A DNA stretch of 64,000 nt from Basidiobolus meristosporus CBS 931.73 (lineage: Eukaryota; Fungi; Basidiobolomycota): assembly GCA_002104905.1 (NCBI GenBank), contig MCFE01000240.1:1-64000 (forward strand). Direction: 5' to 3'. A program made the position numbers and the translations under genes. Under the pieces are notes generated by a model. The model was not told where the DNA came from. It was given only the letters and a program-made list of their open reading frames with translations, and did no database searches. Position 1 is the first letter of the stretch; each line of letters starts with the position of its first letter. This document shows positions 50,305-61,944 of this stretch, in pieces.

Positions 50305-51906
50305 ATGGCATTCAGTCTTCTCTCCAGAACTTCCGCCAACAGGTACATTCTCTTCGGGCCTGTATTGATCTCCCAGGCATACTAATCATTGACTGTTTCA
50401 TATTGCAGCCTCCGCAAAGTTGCTACCCCCATTGGGTTCCGTTCTCTTCCTGTCTTGAGACAATATAGCTCAGCCAACACTGCCTGTGAAGAGTCCGAGC
50501 CTAACTTCTTGCAATGTGTTGAGCAGTTCTTCGACAAAGCCGCCGGTGTGAGCGGAGTAAGCAGCAACACCCTCGCCGCCATCAAGCGTGTTGATGCCAT
50601 CCTCAGTGTCAGCTTCCCAGTGGAGACTGATGAGGGCAAGGAGGAGATCATCCGTGGCTACCGTGCACAACACTCCCACCATCGTCTCCCCGTGAAGGGA
50701 GGTATCCGTTATGCTGACGATGTTGACATGCAAGAGGTCGAGGCGTTGGCCTCCCTCATGACCTACAAGTGTGCAGTTGTTGACGTTCCATTTGGCGGAG
50801 CCAAGGGAGGAGTGGCCATCGACCCCAAGAAGTACACACCAGCCCAACTGGAGCGTATCACTCGTCGCTTCACCATGGAGCTTTGTCAGAAGAACTTCAT
50901 TGGCCCTGGTATTGATGTGCCCGCCCCAGATGTCGGTACTGGACCCCGTGAGATGTCCTGGATCATGGACACCTACAGACAGTTCAACCCCTCCGATGTC
51001 AACTCCATGGGTTGTGTCACTGGCAAGCCCATCTCTCAAGGAGGAGTCCGTGGACGTAACGAAGCCACCGGTCTCGGAGTGTACTATGGTGTTCGCGAGT
51101 TCATGAAGTTCCCCGAGGTTCAGAAGAAGACCGGACTCTCCGGCAAGATGGAAGGAACCAGAGTGATCATCCAAGGTTTCGGTAACGTTGGATACTGGGC
51201 AGCCAAGTTCTTCGAAGCCGATGGAGCCAAGATTGTCGGTATTGCTGAGCGCGACTGTGCCGCATACGACGAGAATGGACTCAACATTGACAAATTGTTG
51301 GAGTACAAGCAGAAGAATGGCACCTTCCGTGACTATGGATGCCAGATCATCGAAGATCCCATCAAGGTGATGGAGATGGACTGTGATGTCCTCATCCCAG
51401 CAGCCCTTGAGCGTCAAATCGGCCTCAAGAACGTCAAGAACATCAAGGCGAAGATCATTGGAGAGGCAGCCAACGGACCCATCACCCCTGGAGCGCATGA
51501 GGCCCTTGTGGAGAGTGGCAAGGTTGTTATTCCTGACTTGTTGCTCAACGCCGGTGGTGTGTGTGTGTCATACTTCGAGTGGCTCAAGAACCTTTCCCAC
51601 ATCCGATTCGGACGTATGAACAAGAAGTGGGACGAGCTTGGCAAATCCCAGATCCTCAAGCTTGTCGAGGAGAACGCAGGACGCAAGCTCACCGAGTCTG
51701 AGCGCCGCAATGTCATTCACGGAGCTGAGGAGCATGAGTTGGTGTACTCTGGACTTGAGGACACCATGATCAACGCTTGCGAGGAAACCAGAGCCACCGC
51801 CAACGAGTTGAAGACTTGCTATCGTACTGCCGCTATCACTAACGCTATTCGCAAGATCGCCACTGTCCAAGAAGGCTCCGGCAGTTTGTTCACCAACAGA
51901 GGTTAA
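50305..51906 (+). CDS. GDH: Glutamate dehydrogenase, GLUD-type (copy 3, 511 aa, intron 50343-50408), inverted relative to copies 1 and 2
   Basis: Same motifs; mature part differs from copy 1 at only a handful of residues (e.g. T/A, K/Q, E/Q, T/A). Confidence 0.95.
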
Positions 51907-52834
51907 TCGAGCTCCCACACATTTCCCAACTATTGATATTCATCATGTAAAGAAAGCATCGCATTAATATTGACAATAATAAATACCCGCATTTCCAGTC
52001 GTAATCCTTCGTTATGGTGGAGCGTATGACAGCATTCATACCGGATATAGGCGAATCCACGGAATATTTGCCGAGTACTTGAAAAGGCTGCTTACGGGCA
52101 AATGCGAAACGTTCTGGCCAGGCCATTGTGGGTAGTCATCGGGGAGCCACGCATGCCAGATGAGTATCTCGATTGACATCTCACTCGCACCATGTAAGGG
52201 GTGCTAATATGAGGGCTGATTTTGGAAATCCAATATAGGGATTGACCAGTTCTCCTTGTGAATGCTCTGAACCTGTGGAAATGCTCATTGGTGGTAAGGC
52301 TTGAATTCTTTGCAATGTCTGCTGAACAGTTTCCCGTGAACAGCCATTTCGAACCCCTCTTTCCGGCTACCTTAATAATCTGTCAATAGTCGAAGTATGC
52401 TCAAAAGAAATCCTCCACCTTGCCTCTGCCTGGCTAGTCAACATTATATCAATACTGGATATTTCAATCAAAGCCATTCTGGTTAGACTATGGCACTTTT
52501 CCATCTGCGAACTCGTGACACCCTCAAGTAAGGTTATTTGGTATGTGATCTACAAACGTTACATTTGCTTTCCACCCAGCTTTCATTCTCTACCCTATTG
52601 GCTCATTGCTAGAATATATTTACATGACATTTCTAGTTAAAAGAAAGCTCAAATCTGAATCCCCCATATACACCCTTGCTACTAAGGGCTGTGGCAAGTT
52701 GATCTAGGAGCCTATCTGCAACTTAGAGCAGTAAGGAGGATGTGTGACCTAAGCATGAAGCATTCAAGTCTGGGACAAATCAGACATTCTTTCCATACCC
52801 CCACTCAAATATAATGATCTATTCTGGGAGATTT

Positions 52835-53172
52835 GCAGTGAGAGTCTTGGTAATATTGGAAGCAATTGGGAGAACAGGTAGATCATGAGGTTCTCATTCA
52901 ATGACTTATTGAATGTAAAGTGATTTTTATGCTTTTAAATGGCCTTGGCATAACAAGTATGTAAAATATCTTTGGAAAGGTTCCATTAATATATGTGCAA
53001 ACTTGGGGGCTCTTTTGATAACTTTGGTAACACCTATGCTGTCTGTACCTGACTATTTTGGAGAATTAATCTATATTCCAATACAAAAGTTACCTGGAAA
53101 TCTCTTAGATTTGTAAAGTAGGATGTAAATGACAATAAAGTGAATATGTTGGTGTATTACAAAATCTACAAA
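52835..53172 (-). mobile_element. Decayed solo LTR of the Copia family, inverted relative to LTR 53650-53998
   Basis: Reverse-complement homology ('gagagtcttgg..attgggagaacaggtagat..atatgtgcaaacttgggg..'). Confidence 0.65.
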
Positions 53173-53649
53173 AGGCATCAGGAATTATTTGCAAAGTTTA
53201 GTCCATCCAAGAGTACTGTGGGATGCACTTACCACTGATATGCTGCAATGCTCTTGAAGTGATTTGGAGGGCTTGCTGCTCATGTGGTTCTGATTAAATG
53301 CTTGCTGAATGGTATAGTTGCAAATAATTCACTGAGTTCTTTTAATATTATCTACTTAGAGCACCACCAGGACAGTGCCCAATTTATATGGACATAGCTT
53401 GGGGTCTCCTGGATAACTCTCAGATACATCTATGTAAACATTAAGATAAGCATAGCTTATAACTACTTTCTGTTTGTATGACCTAGCTTAAGCTACAGTT
53501 GTATTGCAGATCTTGCACTTATACCTTGATGACTAAGCTTACTGCCTACATATGTTCAGGTCCACAATCTTCAGTATTCTTAAAAGTGTAGCATTCTTCA
53601 ATAGAGTTGAATGATGACTTTATCATTTAGATCTCAAGGACCAAGCTAT

Positions 53650-56600
53650 TGTTGTAAAAATTTGTAATTCCACCTAAATATTCACCAGACTTAGTCACTT
53701 AGATCATTACCTCAAAATCCTAGAGAATGCTGACCAAAATCCCTGTTGGGATTGACTTTGACAATTTTCATGTTCTGGGTACCTGATATTTTAGTGAAAA
53801 TATTCTAAGTAGTTTAAACAGCCACAAGCTTTGCACACATGTTTTTAGGGCCTTCCTGAACCTATTCTATGTGTATGTTATGCCAAGATCATGTAGAAGT
53901 ATAAATATAACTGTTACATTGAATAAGTCATTAATTGAAAAACACATAATCTACTTGTTCTCCCAATCACCTCAAGTATCTCCAAGACTCTTACAACAGG
54001 TTATGAGCCCCAAGCTGTCACTCTCTGCAATGTCTGCTACTGCTATTACTGGAATTCTTCCCTGTGCTGAAAAGTTGGATGGATCTACTTGCCAAGTGTG
54101 GAAGGTGAAGGTGAAGAAGAAGATGCTGCTACAAGAAAGATGCCTTTGGGATATTGTCATGGGAGAAGAATGCCCTCCTAGAAACGCAGGAGAGGAAGCC
54201 TTAAAGTACCAGAAGAAAGAACAAAATGCCTTTAACTGCATTTGCCTTAGTGTTAAAGACAAGTTGCTAATTCAATGCTCAAGAGCAAAAGCAGCAAAGA
54301 ATACCTGGAAGGCATTAAAAGACACCTACCAGTCACTTTCAGTTGCCAAGAAAATGTATCTTAGACAAAAATTCTTTACTACAATGTTGCTGCCATGAGA
54401 AGAAATGAAAAATCTAATTAACAGAATTACCTGGCTGTGTGATAAGATGGAATATGTGGGCATACCAACTACTGATGAGGATGTAATAGTAACCATCCTG
54501 AATAGACTAACAGACAGGTTTCAGGGCCTTGTATCAGCCCTAGAGTCCAGAACTGAATATTTGACTTTTAATTACATATATGGAAGAATACTGAATCATG
54601 GATTAATTAAATCAAGTGCTATGCTCTTTCTTCTGGTACTTAAAGAATTCCTCTCCCATGCTTTTAGGAGGGCATTCTTCTCCCATGACAATATCCCAAA
54701 GGCCTCTTTCTTGTAGCTGCATCTTTGTCTTCACCTCCCACACTTGGTAGTTAGATCCATCCAACTTTTCAGCAGAGGGAAGAATTCCAGTAATAGCAGT
54801 AGTGGATACTGCGGAGAGTGACAGCTTGGGGGATCATAATCTGTTGTAAGAGTCCTGGAGATATTGGAAGTGATTGGGAGAACAAGTAAATTATGTTGTT
54901 TTCAATCAATGATTTATTGAATGTAAAAGTAGTATTTATACTTTTATATGATATTGGCATAGTATACAGATAGAATAGGTAAAGGAAGACCCCAAGAACA
55001 TGTCTGCAAGGTTTGGGGATGTTTGGACAACTTTGAGAATTTTCATGTTCTGGATATCAGATATTTTGGTGAAGTATTCCAAGTGCATCCCAACAAGTAA
55101 GTTTCAGGGCCTTGTATCAGCCCTAGAGCTCAGAACTGGAGATTTGACCTTAAATTATTTATATGGAAGGCTCCCAGATGAACAATTAATAAAATCAAGT
55201 GCCAATAAGAAGGAAGAAAAAAATGCTTTAATAACCAATGATAACCAACAAAGAAGATACCCAAGATCTTTTAAAGGCAATAGAAACCTGTTTTGTAACT
55301 ACTGCAAAAGGAAAGGACACACATCAGACCTGTGCCTCATAAAAAGCAATAGTCAGCAGAAAAAGCCTGAATATGGAAATGCTGCAACAACTGAAGATAG
55401 ACTATTAACATCTGCACTAAATATGACCACAAACAAGAATTCTCAGATGCGGTGTATTGACTCTGAAGCATCTCAACACTTAACACACCAAAAAGAACTT
55501 CTTACCCAATATCAAGATATTGCAATCAAGAAGGTTTTCAAGGGTACAATAGGACACCTGAAGCAGTGGGAGAAGGAACCATCCAAGTAGACCTTAGAAG
55601 CAGTGAAGGAAGCCATACACTGACCATTAAAGATGTACTTTATGTACCAGAAATAGTCAATAACCTACTATTGGTAAGCAAGGCCATAGTAGAATGACCC
55701 AGTTTTAGCTTTGACAATTCTGGATGCAGGATCACTGATCAATATGGTGCTCATATTACTTTGGGTATCAGAGATAAGAATCTGTATAAGTTGACTTATA
55801 TTCCACCATATCTGGAAGCCAATATAGGCAACTTAAATGAAGAAACACCAATGCTTTGGCACAGGAGATTTGGACATATCAATTTTGATTATATGAGCAA
55901 AATGATCAAAGATCAGCTAGTTTCCAGAGTTAAAATTGATCCCCTAGCTAATTTGGAGCACTGTGAAGCCAGCATATATGGGAAACAAGCCAGACAGCTG
56001 TTTAAGAGCTCTGGGTTAATCAAAACTAAGAAAAGATCAGATCAAATTCACTCAGATCTGTGTGGAACTATGCAAAATTTATCCCCAGGTGAGATGACAT
56101 TGTAGTGGGGTGACAGTGATACCCACTGACAGATGTGCTCATTCCCTTATTTTTTACTTCCCTATATCTCTACTACACTTATTTTAGTTTTATCCCATTT
56201 GTCTTACCTGATCAGTACTATCCCATAAGCCAGTTGACTATCACACCTGCTAACCTTATTGCATAAGTTACCCTTCACTTTATGTAAGATTACTAGCTAT
56301 AAGTGCTTCTATATTAGGCAAGTACCGTGCCAGTACCTGTGAGAAATGATCAACCTATGTCACCATCCCTACAATTTCCAGACCATATATGGTATCCCTA
56401 TGTTACACAGGTTTCAGAGTACTGATTCCTGATTGGTTGGATGTGCTGTGCCTCTTAGAACCTTCTGGCACCTACTTAGAACATTCTTAGGTCATTCTGA
56501 TGTCATTAAGATTTCTATTGATATCCAGAACCTTCTGGAATACCATGCTTAGTAATCACTTAGCCAGTGAGAAAAGTATATAAGGGAGGCTATCCCTCAA

Positions 56601-58620
56601 CAATAAATCATCATCCCTTTTATCAATATACCAACTTGTTGATTAGTGTGATCACTGCTACCTGCTGCTACCTGAACTTCCAACCCCAGACCACAGGACA
56701 CTCCCAGGGAACCATGCTGACAGCCAACTGACCTTGGAGGCACTACTTGTGAGGAATACTCACAGTAGGTATCTTTTATTATATTTGATTCTTTCCCAAG
56801 TTTGTTCTTGTATAGGCAAAGATACTTTTCTGTCTTTGTAACTATTGACCACAGCTGCATTCTTATCAAGTCCCTGCTGGTGGAGTTTACAGTTGTTTTG
56901 ACTTTGGAAGCTTTAGTACATTGTCATCTCAAAGGACGCTGAACCCAGCACATATTTTTGTTAAGACGCTGTGGTAGGGTAAACATACCTCCCACAGACA
57001 AGTTTATTCATATAGTCATTATGATATACTTATCCATATTTTATCTTATCAGTATTATCCCATTCTTCTTTTGCCCATATTATCAGTATTATCCCCATAT
57101 GATGTTTACCCTGATTAGTTATTAGCATTAGTTATCCCAGATGTTATTCAGCTTTGTGATCAGTAGATGTATCTATATAAGGCAAGTACCTGTGTCAGTA
57201 CCCGTGACACATGACCTAGGTCTGTGTTACCATCCCTACCATTTCAATACCATATATGGTGTTTCTATGTTACACAGGTTTCAGACTACTGATTCCTGAT
57301 TGGTTGAGAGTGCTGTGCCTTTTAGAACCTTCCAGGACATTCTTGGCATATTTTTAGCTCATAGTGATGTCATCAAGAATTCCACTGATACCTAGAATCT
57401 TCTAGAACCTTGTCATTGGTAATCACTTGGCAATCAGGAAAAGTATTTAAGGGAAAGCAATCCCTCATCAATAAATCATCCCTTCTATCAGTAACACTTC
57501 TCCCTTATTGATTAGCAGTTGATCACTGCACCTGCCTTCAACAATACATCTCAGACCTGCCATCAAGGAGCTTTTCAAGGTAGTGCACAAGACACAAAGA
57601 GGCCTTTGGAGACACTTGGAGCACCTAGGAAGCTAGAGAAGCAGGAGCTTTTACCATAGAGACATACTGACAAAGACACCGGCAGTTTAGACCCAGAGGT
57701 TATTGCACCCATCAGACACCTCACACACCTTGAGTTGTGTAGCTTCTCCCAGGAGTACCTCTACACCACCACAATGCCAACTAAGTTGGGGAATGTAGCT
57801 CAATAGTTTTCCCTTGACAAGCTTGTGGCTTTATTCCCCTTCACGTTAGATTAGAGACAGAACCCAAGTATTCCTAGCAAGCTTTTGCCAGAGGTTATTG
57901 CACCCAGTGAACATCCCACACACAAAACACTTGAGGAGTGTTGGACCTATTTCTCCCTTGGACCTATACACCATCACAACATATTTATTCACTTTTATTG
58001 ATTATTATACAGGATACATGTGGGTCTACTTCATGGTGAGAAAGGAAGAAGCTCTGTCTAAGTTCAGGGAGTTTAAAGCCATGATGGAGAGAGAAACTGG
58101 TGAAAAAATCAAGAAAATAAGCTCTGACAATGGTGGAGAATATACCTCAAAACTCTTCATCCCCTTCTGCAAAGTTCATGGGATAAATCAAGAGACTACT
58201 GCACCTTACTCCCCACAGCAAAATGGAGTAGTAGAGTGTGCAAACAGATCAATAACTGATATGGCAAGATCTATGATCCATGATCAAAAATTATACTATG
58301 ATTTTTGGGCAGAATCAGTTGCCTTAGCTGTATACCTTAGAGATAGTAGTTATAACAGAATACTTTGTGATTCTACTCCATTTGAAGCATTGTATAGACA
58401 CAGACCAAGTGCAGAATATCTAAAAATACTAGGGTGCGCAGCATAAGCCAAGAAACTGCCTGAAATTAGTCAAAATTTGAGCTAAAAAGTGTAAGATGCA
58501 TATTTTTGCACTACTGCAATGAGAGTAAAGCATAGACTCTATAATACCAAAGCAAAGAAGCTAAGCAAGTCCAGGGATGTTTTGTTTGATGAAAATGCAA
58601 TATTTTCACAAAAAATGACA
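53650..58620 (+). mobile_element. Degenerate Ty1/Copia LTR retrotransposon (5' LTR, PBS, gag, protease, integrase; interrupted, RT not seen)
   Basis: LTR 53650-53998 bounded by TGTTGTAA...TTACAACA, followed by PBS GGTTATGAGCCC. Gag 'LWDIV', zinc knuckle CNYCKRKGHTSDLC, protease 'IDSEASQH', 'LWHRRFGHIN', integrase 'IHSDLCG'...'FIDYYTG...SDNGGEY...PYSPQQNGVVEC'. Multiple stops and frameshifts. Confidence 0.9.
56101..57978 (+). mobile_element. Nested TG...CA insertion with 4-bp TSD (ACAT) splitting the Copia integrase; contains two diverged LTR-like units
   Basis: ACAT at 56097-56100 and 57979-57982. Removing the insert restores the frame G-E-M-T-Y-L-F-T-F-I-D. Units at ~56101-56660 and ~56960-57530 share long identical stretches (e.g. 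ctatgttacacaggtttcaga), TATA-like and AATAAA motifs. Confidence 0.8.
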
Positions 58621-58879
58621 TTTATATTTGCAAGGACTGAGTGAACTGGATATGTATTTACTCAAGTAGCCTTCTGAAGTCATTTCTACCAAGAGTACAT
58701 TGGATGCTTTGAGAGTTATATGTGGACATTGTAGGAAAATCAATCCAGAAGCAGATCACCAATCCCAACTTGACATATCTACAGCTTTTGAGCAAAGAGT
58801 GTGTGATGGGATTTAAGCAGCTATACTATAAAGATAAAGCTTGAAATGCAGATCTCTGCCACTATTATATCCATATGCT

Positions 58880-59200
58880 ACTCCATCTTGCTTTGTATGT
58901 GGAGAATATTAGACCTTGCTTCACCTTTTGGGAGTGCTCTATAGATGGGACAAGTGGGGATATAGGAAGACAAGTCAGGTTGCAGGTACTATTATATCCC
59001 AATTTCATCAAGAATATTACCTTCTATTCTGCGATGGATGTGATGAGTTGGCACATGGAAGACAGCCAGGAAGAGTTGGAAAGTACTGGGGACAGATGTG
59101 TGCATGCAGACACCTATGCCTTTGGCATCAAGATGCTAAGCAGCCCAAATGTGTATGTAGTTATTTAAATAATGCAAAATTGAGATGGGCTTAACAAGCA
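58880..59200 (+). pseudogene. Possible degenerate Mutator/MULE-type transposase fragment
   Basis: 'SIDGTS' and 'CDGCDEL...RHLCLWH' in different frames resemble MULE DDE and CxxH motifs. Weak similarity only. Confidence 0.3.
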
Positions 59201-61033
59201 ACTAAGCTTTATTAGGACAACTTACCAAAGTATGCCAGGTTTTTCTTAATCACAAGTCAGTTTCTCTACCATTCAATGCCAAGTTCACACAAACAAGAGC
59301 TATAGCATACCAATATAGAAGACTAGGATTCAGCAGGGAGAAGAAACAATTGGTAAAATACCAAGAAGTTCTCTGCAGATATTCAAGAGCTGTATAAAGA
59401 ATAATTTGGTCTTATGGGTGAATCTAGTCCAGATCAGCCATCAGTGTCCTGCAATGAGTCAAGCATAATACTATTAGCTTGCAATTATTAACCATCTACT
59501 CAATCTTATGATAGGACTGTTATGTCACTGTGCTAATTTTACTGCCATAACAATGCTTAAAAGCTGACAGTGTTGTACCTGTCTTTTGACAAGAACTGCA
59601 TAGCACTCTAATGGTCTTGATGCACTCCATACTTAGTTGAGTAGACCTAGCCTGCCAATGCATCTAGTTGCCATATATGGCAAGAAGCTTAACATTACTC
59701 TGATGGCCTCATTGTAAACTTTAGTTGGCATTATTATAGCAGTATGGTGGCTTACAGCTAGTTTGCTATAATGCTACCAGACTAATATACCCAATGTTAA
59801 ATCATATTCTCTACCTCCCCTTGCACCATTCATATCACCGCTGTATAGTTACACCTCTTTATTTGTTTATCCACTGTTACCTTGCACATTCCGTATATAG
59901 CACAAGTTAAAGAAAACTCTACAAAGGTGCACATCTGGTGCAATTGATGCACTTCTATCACTTAAGCTTTACAGCTTTTTAGTGCAATAATTGCAAAGTT
60001 GCCATATACTGTGTATTGCTGGTAATACATACATCTTGTAAACATGTTTTGGGATGCCTCCACTTTTAACAGAAATACCTTCTGAATATCTACATGGAAC
60101 TTCTTGGTATTCAGCCAATAAATTCCTTCACCCTACTGGATACTAGCCCCTGTAACTGGTGTGCTCTGGCTCTAGTTTGTGTGAGTTCCCTGCTGAACAA
60201 TGTGGAAACTGGCTTGTGAGCCATATAAATATAAAAGCTGCAGTTCTCACTAATTAACACCATCAGCCCAGACCAGGCTGCATCCCATCACAGCCAAGAA
60301 GAGTTAACAACAAGAGAAAGCTAGTTTTCTTCAGAATTGGAAGTACAGCCAGTTGAGCTATGCTCCACAGAGGTGGATAGGTTTGCAGAGAAAAGCAATT
60401 AATTTGCCACTGCTTCAATGTCCTTCATTGTGGACTGAGCGGAGATCCAACTGACAGACAAAGCAACAGCACCAAGAACTCAAAGGACTATCAAAATGCC
60501 TACAGTGGAATTTTTGGACCTTAGAACTAATGGGCACACCAAGAGGTTGCAACACTTCTTCAAGAGCAGTGCTCAAGCAAACACACTTGACTAATGCAAG
60601 GAGCTACTGCAAAGACTAACAGATGAGGTGCCAGACCATGCAGTGCTGGCTGAACACCAGCTTGTATTGGAAGCATTGAATGACTAGCTGCCTATAGCTA
60701 TAGGGCTTCTGACAAGGCATGGAAATAGGGCATTTGGGCAGAAAACTTATAAATGTCAATACAATTGGCAATTGAGGCATAACTAAAGCTTCAACAGAGA
60801 TATATCACCTTGTAAACATGAGTGCAGTACTTTTTAGCTTCTCCATATTGTTGGACTGTGTGAACTTCTTGAATGGGTATACCTGGAATATATCTGGAGT
60901 GTTGACAGTATCCACCTTCTATTGTGGTGTATTCCTGACAAGTTATACTACTTTCAATGATTGCATTTGCTGAAGTGAATGCCATCTAACTGTTAACATA
61001 TACTGGTATCAGGACAGTCTCTGGGTCATATGT

Positions 61034-61310
61034 TGTAAGCTGCTGTGGTAGGGTTAATATACCTACCACAGGCAGATTTATCCATTTAGCTGTTGTGGTA
61101 CATTGACCCATATTTATCTTATCAGTGTTTTACCCTTTTTCTTGGCCTGCAAATTTAGTGTTATCCCTATGTGAAACTCACCCTGTTTACTATTAGCACT
61201 GGCATATGAAATATTACTCAGTATTGTGATCAGCATATGTATTTATATTAGGCAGGTACCTGCATCAGTACCTGTTATATTCAAGCTATGTCTTGCAATC
61301 ATCCCTACTA
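61034..61310 (+). mobile_element. Third, truncated copy of the LTR-like unit seen at 56960
   Basis: ctgtggtagggttaatatacctaccacag...aggcaggtacctgcatcagtacc...catccctac is homologous to 56969-57240. Confidence 0.65.
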
Positions 61311-61944
61311 CGTCAATTGTACAAATTATAAACCTGTTCCATTAGATAGTGCCGCATTTAGCCATAAGTGCCAATAATGTCATAGTATGCCTAAGTGGTA
61401 ATATAGATCTGTGTTTGGCCACAGAGTGTGATACATAGCTCTATACCATCATGCAAAGCAGCACCTGTGGTTTACTCACTATGCTGGAGATGATACTCTT
61501 ATTGCCTTCTTTGGGATCAACAATGTGCATGATGTGTAAATTCACTGAAGAGCAGAAGACATGCATTGGATACTAAATACCCATGGCATGCTGAAACAAG
61601 CATCAAAGGCTTGTGACAAGTGGCCAAAATCTGTTGCTCTATCTTGGTCCACTGATACTCTCTGCCATGATAATTATATAATAACCTTAAAGTAATACCC
61701 CAAAAACAAATAGATAGTACCAGATAGTACCAGTAGACCAGGATAGTATTGTAAGGCCTTGGAGATGTGTTATGATCTTCTGCTTGAATGTTGAAGTTTG
61801 ATCAGTTTTTAGTCAAATCAATTAGTTATATGTTTAGTTTATCAGTATATCAGTATTATCTATCAAATCAGTGGCATTAGTCAGCAAATGAATCAGCATA
61901 TCCTTATCAGACAGAAATAGATATATTAAGTAGGATCTTATTGG

